A stretch of DNA of 64,000 nucleotides from assembly GCA_964431835.1 (NCBI GenBank), contig CAYSKO010000003.1:53132-117131 (forward strand), written 5' to 3'. The translations under genes and the position numbers were made by a program. Below, piece after piece: positions 8,510-16,894 of the stretch (the first letter of the stretch is position 1; every line of letters begins with the position of its first letter). Under the pieces are notes generated by a model. That model made no database searches. It had not been told where the DNA came from and saw only the letters and a program-made list of their open reading frames with translations. This DNA comes from an uncultured Planctomycetia bacterium (GTDB lineage: Bacteria > Omnitrophota > Gorgyraeia > 2-02-FULL-51-18).

Positions 8510-9118
8510 CTAGCTCTGGCGCAGGAGAGTCACCCACTCCGAAAGCGTGTCGAACACACCGCGACGCATGAGCATTACGCCGATGGCGGCCAGGAGCAGG
8601 TTCGCGAGCTTGGAAAGCGTGTTGGACCCCGCCTCCCCCAGCACGCGCGAAATGAAAGGCGAGAGCTGGAGAATCACCGCGCAGAGAAGCAGGTTCGCCA
8701 CGATCGCGAAGATCGTCGGCAGAAGCCCGAACGAGCCCAGGAGAATGAGTGAGGTCGTGAGCACAGCTGGGCCGACCATGAGCGGCACGGCCAGCGGCAC
8801 CACGCCGACTTCGTTCTCGGGAAGGTCGGAACCCTTGCCGTGGGAGAGAAGCAGGTCGCGGATCGATACGATGAAAAGCACCGCACCGCCCGCCACGAGG
8901 AAATCATTGATCGTGATTCCGAGCCAGCGGAACACGAGGCGACCGACGAACACGAAGACGAGCGCCACCGCGAGCGCGACGAGGGTCGAATTCCTGACCA
9001 ATGCTTCCCGATCGGCGGGTTTCATGCGCCGCGTCAGCGACAGATACGCCGGGATCATGCCGAGCGGGTCGACCGCGACGAAGATCGGCACGAACGCCAG
9101 GAAATACATTCGAAGCAT
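8510..9118 (-). CDS. marC: MarC-family (UPF0056) integral membrane protein
   Basis: 202 aa with six TM helices and MarC family pattern (…LAVPLMVGPAVLTT…). Confidence 0.7.
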   Translation of the reverse strand: MLRMYFLAFVPIFVAVDPLGMIPAYLSLTRRMKPADREALVRNSTLVALAVALVFVFVGRLVFRWLGITINDFLVAGGAVLFIVSIRDLLLSHGKGSDLPENEVGVVPLAVPLMVGPAVLTTSLILLGSFGLLPTIFAIVANLLLCAVILQLSPFISRVLGEAGSNTLSKLANLLLAAIGVMLMRRGVFDTLSEWVTLLRQS

Positions 9119-9119
9119 G

Positions 9120-9629
9120 CTAGGCGCTCACGGCCTTCTCGACGTCGTCGAAAAGTTGCGGGGTCGCCGCGTGGTACTCGCCGAGGATCTTTCCGTCGGA
9201 CGCGACGAGGTAAGAAGTGGGAATGCCGACGACGTTGTATTTGGTCGCGACTTCCTTCTCCGAATCCAGAAGCAGTGGATAATTGAGGCCCGCTTTTTTC
9301 GCGAAGGTCTTCACGCGCTGTTCGGACTCCCCCACGTCCACGCCTAGGATAGTGAAACCGCGGCCGGAGAATTGCGATTGGAGCTTGATGAGGTCAGGGA
9401 TTTCCTCGCGGCAGGGAGGGCACCAGGTGGCCCAGAAGTTGATGAGGACCGCCTTGTGCGCGGCGAGTTCCTTTTCGAGGCTCACGCTATTGCCGTCGAC
9501 GTCCTTCAACGTGAAGAGCTTCTCGCCCTTCACCTCGTCTGCCTCGATCCGGGCCGCGGTGCCGCAGCCCATCGCGAAGAGCGCCGCCCCCAGACCCGCC
9601 ACCGTCATCGCACGTCGCACGAACGTCAT
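9120..9629 (-). CDS. TlpA/ResA-like thiol:disulfide oxidoreductase (thioredoxin fold, lipoprotein-type signal)
   Basis: ORF 9120..9794 trimmed to ATG 9629 (MTFVRRAMTVAGLGAALFAMGC). Active-site WCPPC. The Arg-rich N-terminal extension was rejected. Confidence 0.75.
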   Translation of the reverse strand: MTFVRRAMTVAGLGAALFAMGCGTAARIEADEVKGEKLFTLKDVDGNSVSLEKELAAHKAVLINFWATWCPPCREEIPDLIKLQSQFSGRGFTILGVDVGESEQRVKTFAKKAGLNYPLLLDSEKEVATKYNVVGIPTSYLVASDGKILGEYHAATPQLFDDVEKAVSA

Positions 9630-9916
9630 ATCAGTAGCCCTCCGGTTGTGATGAAAAGATACTCCGCGGCCGCGAGGGCGAGCCAGCCCAGGGCTTTCTT
9701 GATCCAAAGCGAACGTGCCCCCGCATCGTTGGCCCTCGAGCGGGCAAACGGCGAACGGAACGCGCCCAGGAGGGCGAGCCCGAAAAGCAGGCACGCGTTG
9801 GCCGCGAAGAAATAGATGAAAGCGTTCGAACTGAACGTCAGAGGAGGCAGATTCAAAAAAACGGGCCCCGGGCTCTGGCGGATCAGCCGCTCGACGCTGC
9901 CGAGAAGCGATTCCAT
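9626..9916 (-). CDS. small hypothetical membrane protein, translationally coupled to the tlpA-like gene (ATGA overlap)
   Basis: 96 aa with two or three hydrophobic helices (FIYFFAANACLLFGLALLGAF, LGWLALAAAEYLFITTGGLLI). AAAGGGGG RBS-like sequence upstream. Confidence 0.35.
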   Translation of the reverse strand: MESLLGSVERLIRQSPGPVFLNLPPLTFSSNAFIYFFAANACLLFGLALLGAFRSPFARSRANDAGARSLWIKKALGWLALAAAEYLFITTGGLLI

Positions 9917-10014
9917 GACGACCCCCTTTTAAGAGGCCATTTTACCAGAACCGGGGCTTGAACCGGGCAAAATGCGTCCCGGGCGGAAACCGCGGCCTTT
10001 TTCGGCCGCGCAGC

Positions 10015-10122
10015 TCACGTGCAGCCGCGCAGCAGGAAGAGGACCAGGAGAACGGGGATCGGAACGCCGAGCATCCAAAGAACCGCCCAGCCCACTTTAC
10101 CCGATTGATCGGTGATCTTCAT
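10015..10122 (-). CDS. unannotated small hydrophobic peptide (35 aa) MKITDQSGKVGWAVLWMLGVPIPVLLVLFLLRGCT
   Basis: Below the ORF-track size cutoff. ATG at 10122 with AGGAGA 4-5 nt upstream. Single TM helix. Lies between the YflT-like and tlpA-like genes on the same strand. Confidence 0.35.
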   Translation of the reverse strand: MKITDQSGKVGWAVLWMLGVPIPVLLVLFLLRGCT

Positions 10123-10167
10123 GACGTCTCCTTTCGTGGACAACGCCTTTCGTTTGACAGCCTTTAC

Positions 10168-10692
10168 TTACTTCGTGACGTGCACTTCTTTGGAAGTCGA
10201 GATGTCCTGCGCGCCCACTTCCTTGAAGATGTCCTTCACGCGGTCGGCTTCCTGGTTGTTCTCGGCGTGGACCGAGATGAGGAAGTTCCCCTCGCGGACG
10301 CGTCCTTCGTAACGTTTGGCTTCGTACTCGGGAATGCCCATGCCGATAAGCGCACCGGCCACTCCGCCGACCGCCGCGCCGAGCGCCGCTCCGGAGAGCG
10401 CCGCCATGATCGGGCCGGCCGCGACGAACGGGCCGATGCCCGGGATCGCGAGCGTTCCGATGCCGGCCAGCCAGCCGACGACGCCGCCCAGCACCCCGCC
10501 GGGAAGCGCGCCGCGCACCGTGCCTTCGGGCGCTTTCGTGTGTTTTTCATGAGCGAAATCCTTCGTGCCGGTCTTATCGGGAAAGAGCACGGAGATATCG
10601 TCGTTCGAGAACCCTTCGTTCTTGAGCTGGCTGACAACGTCTTCGGCTTGGATCTCGGTCGTTGCGATGCAGAATACGGCTTGTTTGGACAT
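10168..10692 (-). CDS. general stress protein: YflT-like N-terminal domain plus glycine-zipper membrane segment (DUF1269-like)
   Basis: N-terminus VFCIATTEIQAEDVVSQLKNEGFSNDDISVLF resembles the YflT/GsiB-type domain. Central GxxxG zipper GGVLGGVVGWLAGIGTLAIPGIGPFVAAGPIMAALSGAALGAAVGGVAGALIGMG. Confidence 0.5.
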   Translation of the reverse strand: MSKQAVFCIATTEIQAEDVVSQLKNEGFSNDDISVLFPDKTGTKDFAHEKHTKAPEGTVRGALPGGVLGGVVGWLAGIGTLAIPGIGPFVAAGPIMAALSGAALGAAVGGVAGALIGMGIPEYEAKRYEGRVREGNFLISVHAENNQEADRVKDIFKEVGAQDISTSKEVHVTK

Positions 10693-10707
10693 GACTTTCT
10701 CCTGTTT

Positions 10708-11112
10708 TTAAGAGCGTTCGGTTTCGAGAAGGTCTTCGACTTGGCCGGGCGCCGCCGTTTCCGCGTGCCGGACGATGGCAGATCTTTCCGATTCGTTCAC
10801 ACGGCCCCGGAGCGTGACGCGGCCTCCGGCGGTGATGACCGCGGTATTTTTGGCGCCGAAAGAGATCGAGTCGTCCGCCATCAACGCCTTCCGGATCGTC
10901 TGGGTGATTCGGATATCGTCGGCGCTCTGCGACTGATCCTCAACCGTCGGCGCGTCGGGCATGTCGCCGGCGGGCGGCGCGACCGGTGAAGGCGTCGAAG
11001 AGACGGCAGCCGTTTCCGATGGGGGAGCGAGCGCGTCTTCCGCAAAAGCGGACGAGCAAATCGAAGCGGCCCCCACGAGAAGCGCGATACCGACAATCGA
11101 ACGAATGATCAT
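10708..11112 (-). CDS. BON-domain periplasmic protein (OsmY-like)
   Basis: ORF 10708..11388 trimmed to ATG 11112 (MIIRSIVGIALLVGAASICSSAFA signal peptide, GGAGG RBS). BON motif ITQTIRKALMADDSISFGAKNTAVITAGGRVTLRGRV. Confidence 0.7.
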   Translation of the reverse strand: MIIRSIVGIALLVGAASICSSAFAEDALAPPSETAAVSSTPSPVAPPAGDMPDAPTVEDQSQSADDIRITQTIRKALMADDSISFGAKNTAVITAGGRVTLRGRVNESERSAIVRHAETAAPGQVEDLLETERS

Positions 11113-13172
11113 TCCTTCCTCCCTTCCGTTACGGACGTTTGTGTGGCGGCCAAATCTTCCAGATCTTTGAGAGCCAAGTGGGAGCGAAGCACTTCGGCCA
11201 CGCTCCACGCCTGGGCGATGCAGGCACGTGGCGAGTACGGCGCGTCGCCGTCGAAAATTTCGCTGATACTGCCGACGCCTGCTTCCTTCAAATGCCCGTG
11301 AAAACTGTCCAGCATCTGGCGCGCTTTCACCCGGTCGCGATAGACGCGCATCCAGGCGTTCAGGAACGGTCCAATGAGCCACGCCCAAACCATGCCCTGG
11401 TGATAGGCGGCGTCTCGGGACCAGCGGTCGCCTTCGTAACGCGGGTGATATTCCTTGTTGCCCGGATCCAGCGTCCGGAGACCGTAGGGCGTCAAAAGCT
11501 TCTTCGCGACCGAATCGAGAACGGGCTTCCAGTACGAACGGTCGAGAACGGAATACCGGAGCGCCATGGTGAAGATCTGGTTCGGACGAAGCGCCGGGTC
11601 GTTCCCGCGTTCCCCGTCGATGAGATCGTAGAGATGCTGGCCCGGCTCGAACCAGAAACGCGCGTTAAACGAATCGAACACCTTCTTCGCGAGAGCCGTG
11701 TATTCGTCCGGCGACTCGCCGAACTCGCGCGACCAGGTCGCCATGAGTTTAAGTGCGTTGTACCACAGGGCCTGGATCTCCACGGGTTTGCCGCGGCGCG
11801 GGGTGACGACCCATTCGTCGACTTTCGCGTCCATCCACGTGAGCGCGAGACCTTCGGCCCCACCGCGCACTAGGCCGTCCCGGGGATCGACGTAAATGCC
11901 GAAATGAGTTCCACGCTGATGGTGCTCGATAACCGTCTTCAGGACCGGATAGAGCCCCTTCACCGTCTCCTTGTCGCCCGTCACCTGGTAATAACGGTCG
12001 ATCGCGTGGAAGAACCAGAAGGTCGCATCCATCGTGTTGTAGATCCCGGTGCGCTGGCCCTCCGGGAAATGATTCGGCAAAAGCCCGTCCTTCACGTAAT
12101 GCGCGAACGTCTGAAGAATGGCCTTCGCCTCGTAGTGGCGGCCCGTGCAGAGAGTAAGGCCTTCGAGGGAGATCATCGTGTCGCGGCCCCAGTCGGTGAA
12201 CCAGTGATAGCCGGCGATCACCGTGCGCAGACGCTCCCCCGACGCCCGGTAAAGGACGTTCTCGTCCGAGCGGGTCCAGGGGAGGACCACGAACTGGTCC
12301 GCGGCGATCGTAAGACGCGCCGCGAACGCGTCGGTCGACGCCCGCGGAGAAAGGGACAGTAGTTTTTCGAGACGTTTCCTTTCGGCTTCGAGAATTTTTT
12401 CGCAGTCGCACTCGAGCGCTTCCCACGGCTCGGTGCTCGCGACGAAGGAGACGTTCTCGCTCGGTTTCAGCTCGAATTCGAAGGCGCCGGGGCTGTAGAG
12501 ATTCGTCACCGAATCGTGGCCCCGGTCTTTTTCTACGCGGTAAAGCACGCCCGAAGAAATACGTTCGTCGATAGTGAACGCGCCGTTTTTCGGCTGCAAG
12601 CGCAAGCGGAGAGTCGGCGCGCCTTCGAAGGCGTGGATCTCGTAGCGGCCGCGAGTGACGTTCATCGAGAAAGGCCACTGCGGCGCGTAACCGAGCTGGC
12701 CGTCGTGCATGCGGCACGAAAGATAGGGACGCAGACGCGTGCGGATCGTCTTTCCGGAGACGAGCCGGTAGTTCACGTAGACGGTGTTCTGCCCGTACGG
12801 CATCACGATGCGTTTCTCGATCACGCGGCCCGCGACCGAGAACGTCCAGACGGGCGTTTGCCAATCGAGACGGAATTCGCTTAAGAAACGATGAGCGTCT
12901 CCCGAAATACGTCCGTCCGCGTGCTCGGCACCGGTCAGATCGAGCCAGCTTCCGTCCGCTTCTACGGAGTCGTCTAGGCGCGGAATCATCACGGTGCGGC
13001 CGCGCGGCGCGGGCAGATTCGGAATGAAAATGCCGTGGTAACGGCGCGTGCCCACGCCCCGGAGCGAAGCTGACGCGTACCCTCCGAGGCCATTCGTCAC
13101 GAGCCACTCTTTCGTGAGGAGCTCCGCGCCGTCGTTTTCGAAAGGACCGCTGTAGACGATCGGCTCGACCAT
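11109..13172 (-). CDS. amylo-alpha-1,6-glucosidase / glycogen debranching enzyme (GDE_C family)
   Basis: GDE motif GYHWFTDWGRDTMISLEGL with six-hairpin glycosidase core. ATG at 13172 overlaps the treZ stop (ATGA). The track start at 13175 is a TTG one codon upstream. Confidence 0.8.
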   Translation of the reverse strand: MVEPIVYSGPFENDGAELLTKEWLVTNGLGGYASASLRGVGTRRYHGIFIPNLPAPRGRTVMIPRLDDSVEADGSWLDLTGAEHADGRISGDAHRFLSEFRLDWQTPVWTFSVAGRVIEKRIVMPYGQNTVYVNYRLVSGKTIRTRLRPYLSCRMHDGQLGYAPQWPFSMNVTRGRYEIHAFEGAPTLRLRLQPKNGAFTIDERISSGVLYRVEKDRGHDSVTNLYSPGAFEFELKPSENVSFVASTEPWEALECDCEKILEAERKRLEKLLSLSPRASTDAFAARLTIAADQFVVLPWTRSDENVLYRASGERLRTVIAGYHWFTDWGRDTMISLEGLTLCTGRHYEAKAILQTFAHYVKDGLLPNHFPEGQRTGIYNTMDATFWFFHAIDRYYQVTGDKETVKGLYPVLKTVIEHHQRGTHFGIYVDPRDGLVRGGAEGLALTWMDAKVDEWVVTPRRGKPVEIQALWYNALKLMATWSREFGESPDEYTALAKKVFDSFNARFWFEPGQHLYDLIDGERGNDPALRPNQIFTMALRYSVLDRSYWKPVLDSVAKKLLTPYGLRTLDPGNKEYHPRYEGDRWSRDAAYHQGMVWAWLIGPFLNAWMRVYRDRVKARQMLDSFHGHLKEAGVGSISEIFDGDAPYSPRACIAQAWSVAEVLRSHLALKDLEDLAATQTSVTEGRKE

Positions 13173-15055
13173 CAAGAATCCTCCGATTCAGAACTGAAAA
13201 AGACGGCCGATGTGGCCGAAAGCTTCCAGCCCGCCGCGCCGCAGGGATTGACACTGCCCTGCCCTCCGAAACGCACCTCGTCGCTCGAAAACTTCATGCG
13301 CCACCGCATGCCCGCCGGCGGAGCCAGGAGCGGCTCGGAAGCGGGGGTCAGGTCGAAATCCCCGCCGAGATTCACGATGAGAAGCCGGTCCCCCTTTTCC
13401 TCACCTGCCCAGCGGAGAAGGAGACTTTGAGGACCCAGCACGGCGCCGTCGATCGCCAAACGGTCCTGCGCGGCGATGACCGCATCGTCACGGCGCAAGG
13501 CGAGAAGTTCGCGCTGATAGGCGTAAAGGCCCGCGTTGGAAAGGCGTTCGGAGAAATCGAGTCGGCACTTTTCGAACGTCGCGTCGACGTCGGGCGCATC
13601 GAGCGATCCCAGCGCTTCTGCGCCTGCGCAACTGGCAAATTGTTTCAGGAAGTCGCGCCGGCCGGCGCGAACCTTCGACGCCAGTTCCGCGTTGTGATCG
13701 GCGAAGAAAACGAACGGCGCCGACGCGCCGAACTCCTGACCCATGAAAAAAAGAGGGGTCCCGGGCCCAAGCAGAACGATAGCTGCCATCGCCCGGTAGC
13801 GCGCGAAACCCGACAGCGCGTACAGCCGTTCGCCGAACAGGCTGTTGGCGATCTGGTCGTGGTTGAGAAGATACGTGACGAACGCCTCGCCCTTTGCGAA
13901 AGGGACCGACGTTCCGCGGTTTTGTTTCTGCCAGGCGTAATACTGCCCCTGATACAGGAATCCGCGTTTGACCGCGGAGATGATTTCCTGCGGGGTGCCG
14001 GTATAATCCGTGTAATACGCTTCGCGTTTGCCTGTCAGCGCGACGCGGGCCGAATGGTGGAAGTCGTCGTTCCAGACGCCGTCCAATCCGAACCCTCCGT
14101 CCTCGACAGGCAGGATGCACCGCGCGTCGTTGGGCTCGTTCTCGGCCACGATCAAGATCGTGCGGGCCGCGGCCGATTCGCGCGCGAGCCCCGCGAGCTC
14201 CACGATGACGTGAACCGGACCATCGTCGTAGATATTCTGCGTCGCGTCGAGCCGCAAGCCGTCTAAATGATACTCGGCGATCCAATAGGCGGCGTTTCGC
14301 ACGAAAAATTCGCGGACCGGTGTCGAATTCGGGCCGTCGTAATTGATCGCATCGCCCCAGTCGGTCGTGTGACGCTTCGAAAAATAATCGTCCGAATACT
14401 GTCCGAGATAATTGCCGTCGGGGCCGATGTGGTTGTAGACGACGTCGTGGATGACACCCAAGCCTTTGGCGTGCGCGGCGTCGACGAGGCGCTTCAAACC
14501 CTCCGGTCCGCCGTAGACATGTGCCGGTGCGTAGAGCCCCACTCCGTCGTATCCCCAGTTCCAGCGGCCGGGGAATTCCGTGAGCGGCATGAGCTCGATC
14601 GACGTGACGCCGAACGCCTTCAGCTCGTCGAGCTCGCCGATGACGGCATCGAACGTGCCTTCGTGCGTGAACGATCCGACATGGAGTTCGTAAAAAACCT
14701 GGCCTTTCATTCGGAGCCCGCGCCACCCGGCGTCGGTCCATCTGAAAACGTCCGGATCGACTACTGCCGAAGGACCGTGCGGGCCGTCCGGTTGCCAGCG
14801 GGAGCACGGATCGGGAAACGCGTCGCCTCCGTCCAACCGATAACGGTAGCGCGATCCGGCGCGCGCTTCGGGAACCGTTCCGGAAAAATAACCGCCGTCT
14901 TCGGGGGCGAGCGGATAGGCACGCTTCGTATCTTCGAGAACGACCTCGATGGACCGCCGCTTCGGCGCCCAGATCCTGAAAAAGACGCCGTCGGGACGCG
15001 CTTCCGCCCCGAGACCCATCTTCCAGCCCGTTCGTCCGCTGACCGCCGAAGTCAT
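13172..15055 (-). CDS. treZ: malto-oligosyltrehalose trehalohydrolase
   Basis: GH13 TreZ N-terminus VFFRIWAP…YRYRLDGGDAFPDPCSRWQPDGPHGPSAVVD. Catalytic motifs GLRLDATQNI and VAENEPND. Confidence 0.85.
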   Translation of the reverse strand: MTSAVSGRTGWKMGLGAEARPDGVFFRIWAPKRRSIEVVLEDTKRAYPLAPEDGGYFSGTVPEARAGSRYRYRLDGGDAFPDPCSRWQPDGPHGPSAVVDPDVFRWTDAGWRGLRMKGQVFYELHVGSFTHEGTFDAVIGELDELKAFGVTSIELMPLTEFPGRWNWGYDGVGLYAPAHVYGGPEGLKRLVDAAHAKGLGVIHDVVYNHIGPDGNYLGQYSDDYFSKRHTTDWGDAINYDGPNSTPVREFFVRNAAYWIAEYHLDGLRLDATQNIYDDGPVHVIVELAGLARESAAARTILIVAENEPNDARCILPVEDGGFGLDGVWNDDFHHSARVALTGKREAYYTDYTGTPQEIISAVKRGFLYQGQYYAWQKQNRGTSVPFAKGEAFVTYLLNHDQIANSLFGERLYALSGFARYRAMAAIVLLGPGTPLFFMGQEFGASAPFVFFADHNAELASKVRAGRRDFLKQFASCAGAEALGSLDAPDVDATFEKCRLDFSERLSNAGLYAYQRELLALRRDDAVIAAQDRLAIDGAVLGPQSLLLRWAGEEKGDRLLIVNLGGDFDLTPASEPLLAPPAGMRWRMKFSSDEVRFGGQGSVNPCGAAGWKLSATSAVFFSSESEDS

Positions 15056-15062
15056 GCGCTCT

Positions 15063-15218
15063 TCACCTCTCGCCTTCGGCGCTTCCGGGCGTGCGGCCGG
15101 CTTCCTCGAATCGGCCGCGGTCGGCGCCAGCTTCCTTGCCTTCGGCGCTTCCGGGCGTGCGGCCAGGCTCTTCGAATCTTTCGGTGCGTTTGGACGGCTT
15201 TTTGTTTTTCTTTTTCAT
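15063..15218 (-). CDS. small hydrophilic Lys/Glu/Gly-rich protein (51 aa) with internal peptide repeat; hydrophilin-like candidate
   Basis: Inside spurious ORF 15063..15584. ATG 15218 preceded by GAGGAG at 6-nt spacing. MKKKNKKPSKRTERFEEPGRTPGSAEGKEAGADRGRFEEAGRTPGSAEGER, encoded by a 2 x ~67-bp tandem DNA repeat. Stop lies 8 nt before the treZ start. Confidence 0.4.
   Translation of the reverse strand: MKKKNKKPSKRTERFEEPGRTPGSAEGKEAGADRGRFEEAGRTPGSAEGER
15071..15200. repeat. tandem direct repeat, 2 copies of ~67 bp; the first 27 nt (CCTTCGGCGCTTCCGGGCGTGCGGCC) are identical, the remainder diverged
   Basis: Read from the sequence at 15071-15137 and 15138-15200. Lies within the small ORF above. 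Confidence 0.7.
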
Positions 15219-15307
15219 GGGAATCTCCTCGAATTTTAAGAATATAGAAAGTAAATCAGGAAGGACACCGAGGCCACTCTGCGTGGCTCCGCTTGGGTAG
15301 AACGGAT

Positions 15308-15832
15308 TTAGTCGGGGGCGCCGTCGGTGGCGGAACCGGGGGCGCTTTCGGCCATGAGGCCGGTTTCGCGGATCGTCCGATTCTGGATTTCGAGCGTGTG
15401 CATGCGGTCGTGCGCTGCTTTGATGAACTCGTGCTGACGCTCCACGACGTCCCTCACTTCGATGGGAAGATCCCCCTTCAAAGCTTCCGCGTACGTCCTC
15501 ACTGCCGCGTCCTCGCCGCGTTCGCATTCCTCGACCACAGCTCCTTCGTCGTGTCCCTGAGCGGCGGTACGCAGCTTGAACCATCCGCGGTGGGCCGCGC
15601 CGGCGGCGGTCCCCGCTCCGCCCGTTTTGCCGCCCAGGCGTTCGATCTCGCGGTCCAGTTCGTCGGCGAATTGGGCACGCTGTTCTGCGTAAGTCGAAAA
15701 AAGCTTATGGAGCGAATCGTGTCTGCTTTTCTCGGCGGCCATGCGGTAGCCCAGCTCGCCGTCACGGCAGATGGAAAAGAGGTCTTTCAAAACGACGAGC
15801 AGATTTTTGGAATCACCGGCGGGGTCGACCAT
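15308..15832 (-). CDS. PA2169-family four-helix-bundle protein (DUF2383, ferritin-like stress protein)
   Basis: 174 aa with the characteristic pattern LKDLFSICRDGELGYRMAAEKS…AVRTYAEALKGDLP…VVERQHEFIKAAHDRM. Confidence 0.7.
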   Translation of the reverse strand: MVDPAGDSKNLLVVLKDLFSICRDGELGYRMAAEKSRHDSLHKLFSTYAEQRAQFADELDREIERLGGKTGGAGTAAGAAHRGWFKLRTAAQGHDEGAVVEECERGEDAAVRTYAEALKGDLPIEVRDVVERQHEFIKAAHDRMHTLEIQNRTIRETGLMAESAPGSATDGAPD

Positions 15833-15865
15833 GGCGCCTCCTTGGAAGTCTTGTGCGTACAGATA

Positions 15866-15921
15866 GTTATACGCCTAGAGCGATTAAAATATGGTTAAAA
15901 TGAAATTAGAACTTTTTAATC
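15866..15921 (-). promoter_or_regulatory. copy A of the 55-bp AT-rich stress element (promoter/operator candidate for the DUF2383 gene)
   Basis: TTATACGCCTAGAGCGATTAAAATATGGTTAAAATGAAATTAGAACTTTTTAATC on the plus strand. The egtD stop codon (TGA 15920-22) is embedded in the TTTTTAATC arm. On the coding strand TATAAC lies 33 nt before the ATG. Confidence 0.5.
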
Positions 15922-16894
15922 AAGCGTTCGTGAGGAAAAATAAGCCGAAATACTCGTTTTCGTCGGTCCACACTTCCTCGAGCTCAAGATCCGCGGCCAG
16001 CGCCAGACGCCGGAATCCGTCCACGTCGTATTTGTGACAGCGTTCCGTCAATATCGATTCCCCTTGTCCGAACCGGAACGTCTCCCCGTCGATCGTCGCG
16101 ATCTGCTCGCACGCACTCACCAGCCGCATCTCCACACGGCCTTCGCCCTCCGCGTAGACGGCCTCGTGCCGGAAATTATCCACGCGAATATCGCCGCCCA
16201 GCTCCCGGTTGATGCGAACGAGCAAATTCAGATTGAATGCGGACGTCAGCCCCTCTCGGTCGTCGTAAGCGCGCTCTAGAATCTCCCGCGGTTTCTTTAA
16301 GTCCACTCCGATGAGCAGGCCACCATTTGGATGGCAAAGCCTCGATATTTTCTCGAGAAGCTCGCGGGCTTGGGACGGTTCGAAGTTGCCGATCGTGGAA
16401 CCGGGGAAATAAACGATTTTGCGCGTCACGTAGCCGCCACACGGCGGTAGCGCGTAGAAATCGACAAAGTCGGCGAACACCGGGCAGACGTCGAGTCCCG
16501 GATAGGCGGTCGCAAAGCGCCGGGCCGTCTCGACCAGCGCGCCGCGGGCGATGTCGATCGGGACATAGCCGGCGGGAGACTGCATGCGGTCGAGAAGAAG
16601 CCGGGTCTTTCTCCCGGAACCGCTGCCGTATTCCACGAGCAGGCAGTCGGTCCCCATTCGCCCAACGATGTCGTCGATGTTCTCGCGCATGATCTTCGTC
16701 TCCACGCGACCGACGTAATAATCGGGGGTGTCGACGATGCGCTCGAAGAGCCACGACCCGCGTTCGTCGTAGAAATACTTGCACGGCAACTCTTTCTTCG
16801 GAAGGCGCAGACCGGCTAGAACTTCCTCCTTGAACGTCGTCTCCGGAGGAGAGAAATCGTATAACCGGGGCCCTTCGGTCTCCACGCGCATCAT
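15920..16894 (-). CDS. egtD: L-histidine N-alpha-methyltransferase (ergothioneine biosynthesis)
   Basis: YFYDERGSWLFERI, LLVEYGSGSGRKT, and the DUF2260 methyltransferase fold throughout. Confidence 0.85.
   Translation of the reverse strand: MMRVETEGPRLYDFSPPETTFKEEVLAGLRLPKKELPCKYFYDERGSWLFERIVDTPDYYVGRVETKIMRENIDDIVGRMGTDCLLVEYGSGSGRKTRLLLDRMQSPAGYVPIDIARGALVETARRFATAYPGLDVCPVFADFVDFYALPPCGGYVTRKIVYFPGSTIGNFEPSQARELLEKISRLCHPNGGLLIGVDLKKPREILERAYDDREGLTSAFNLNLLVRINRELGGDIRVDNFRHEAVYAEGEGRVEMRLVSACEQIATIDGETFRFGQGESILTERCHKYDVDGFRRLALAADLELEEVWTDENEYFGLFFLTNA

Noticed and set aside
9958-10989. 343-aa plus-strand ORF antisense to the YflT-like and BON genes
   Set aside because: Arg/Asp-rich low-complexity translation. 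The opposite strand encodes two proteins with clear domains, signal peptide and RBS.
15219-15307. AT-rich stretch TTTCTATATTCTTAAAATTCG upstream of the hydrophilin-like ORF as an independent promoter
   Set aside because: A -10 here would start transcription inside the SD. Read-through from stress-element copy A via the DUF2383 gene is more likely; the short hairpin at 15270-15290 is weak.
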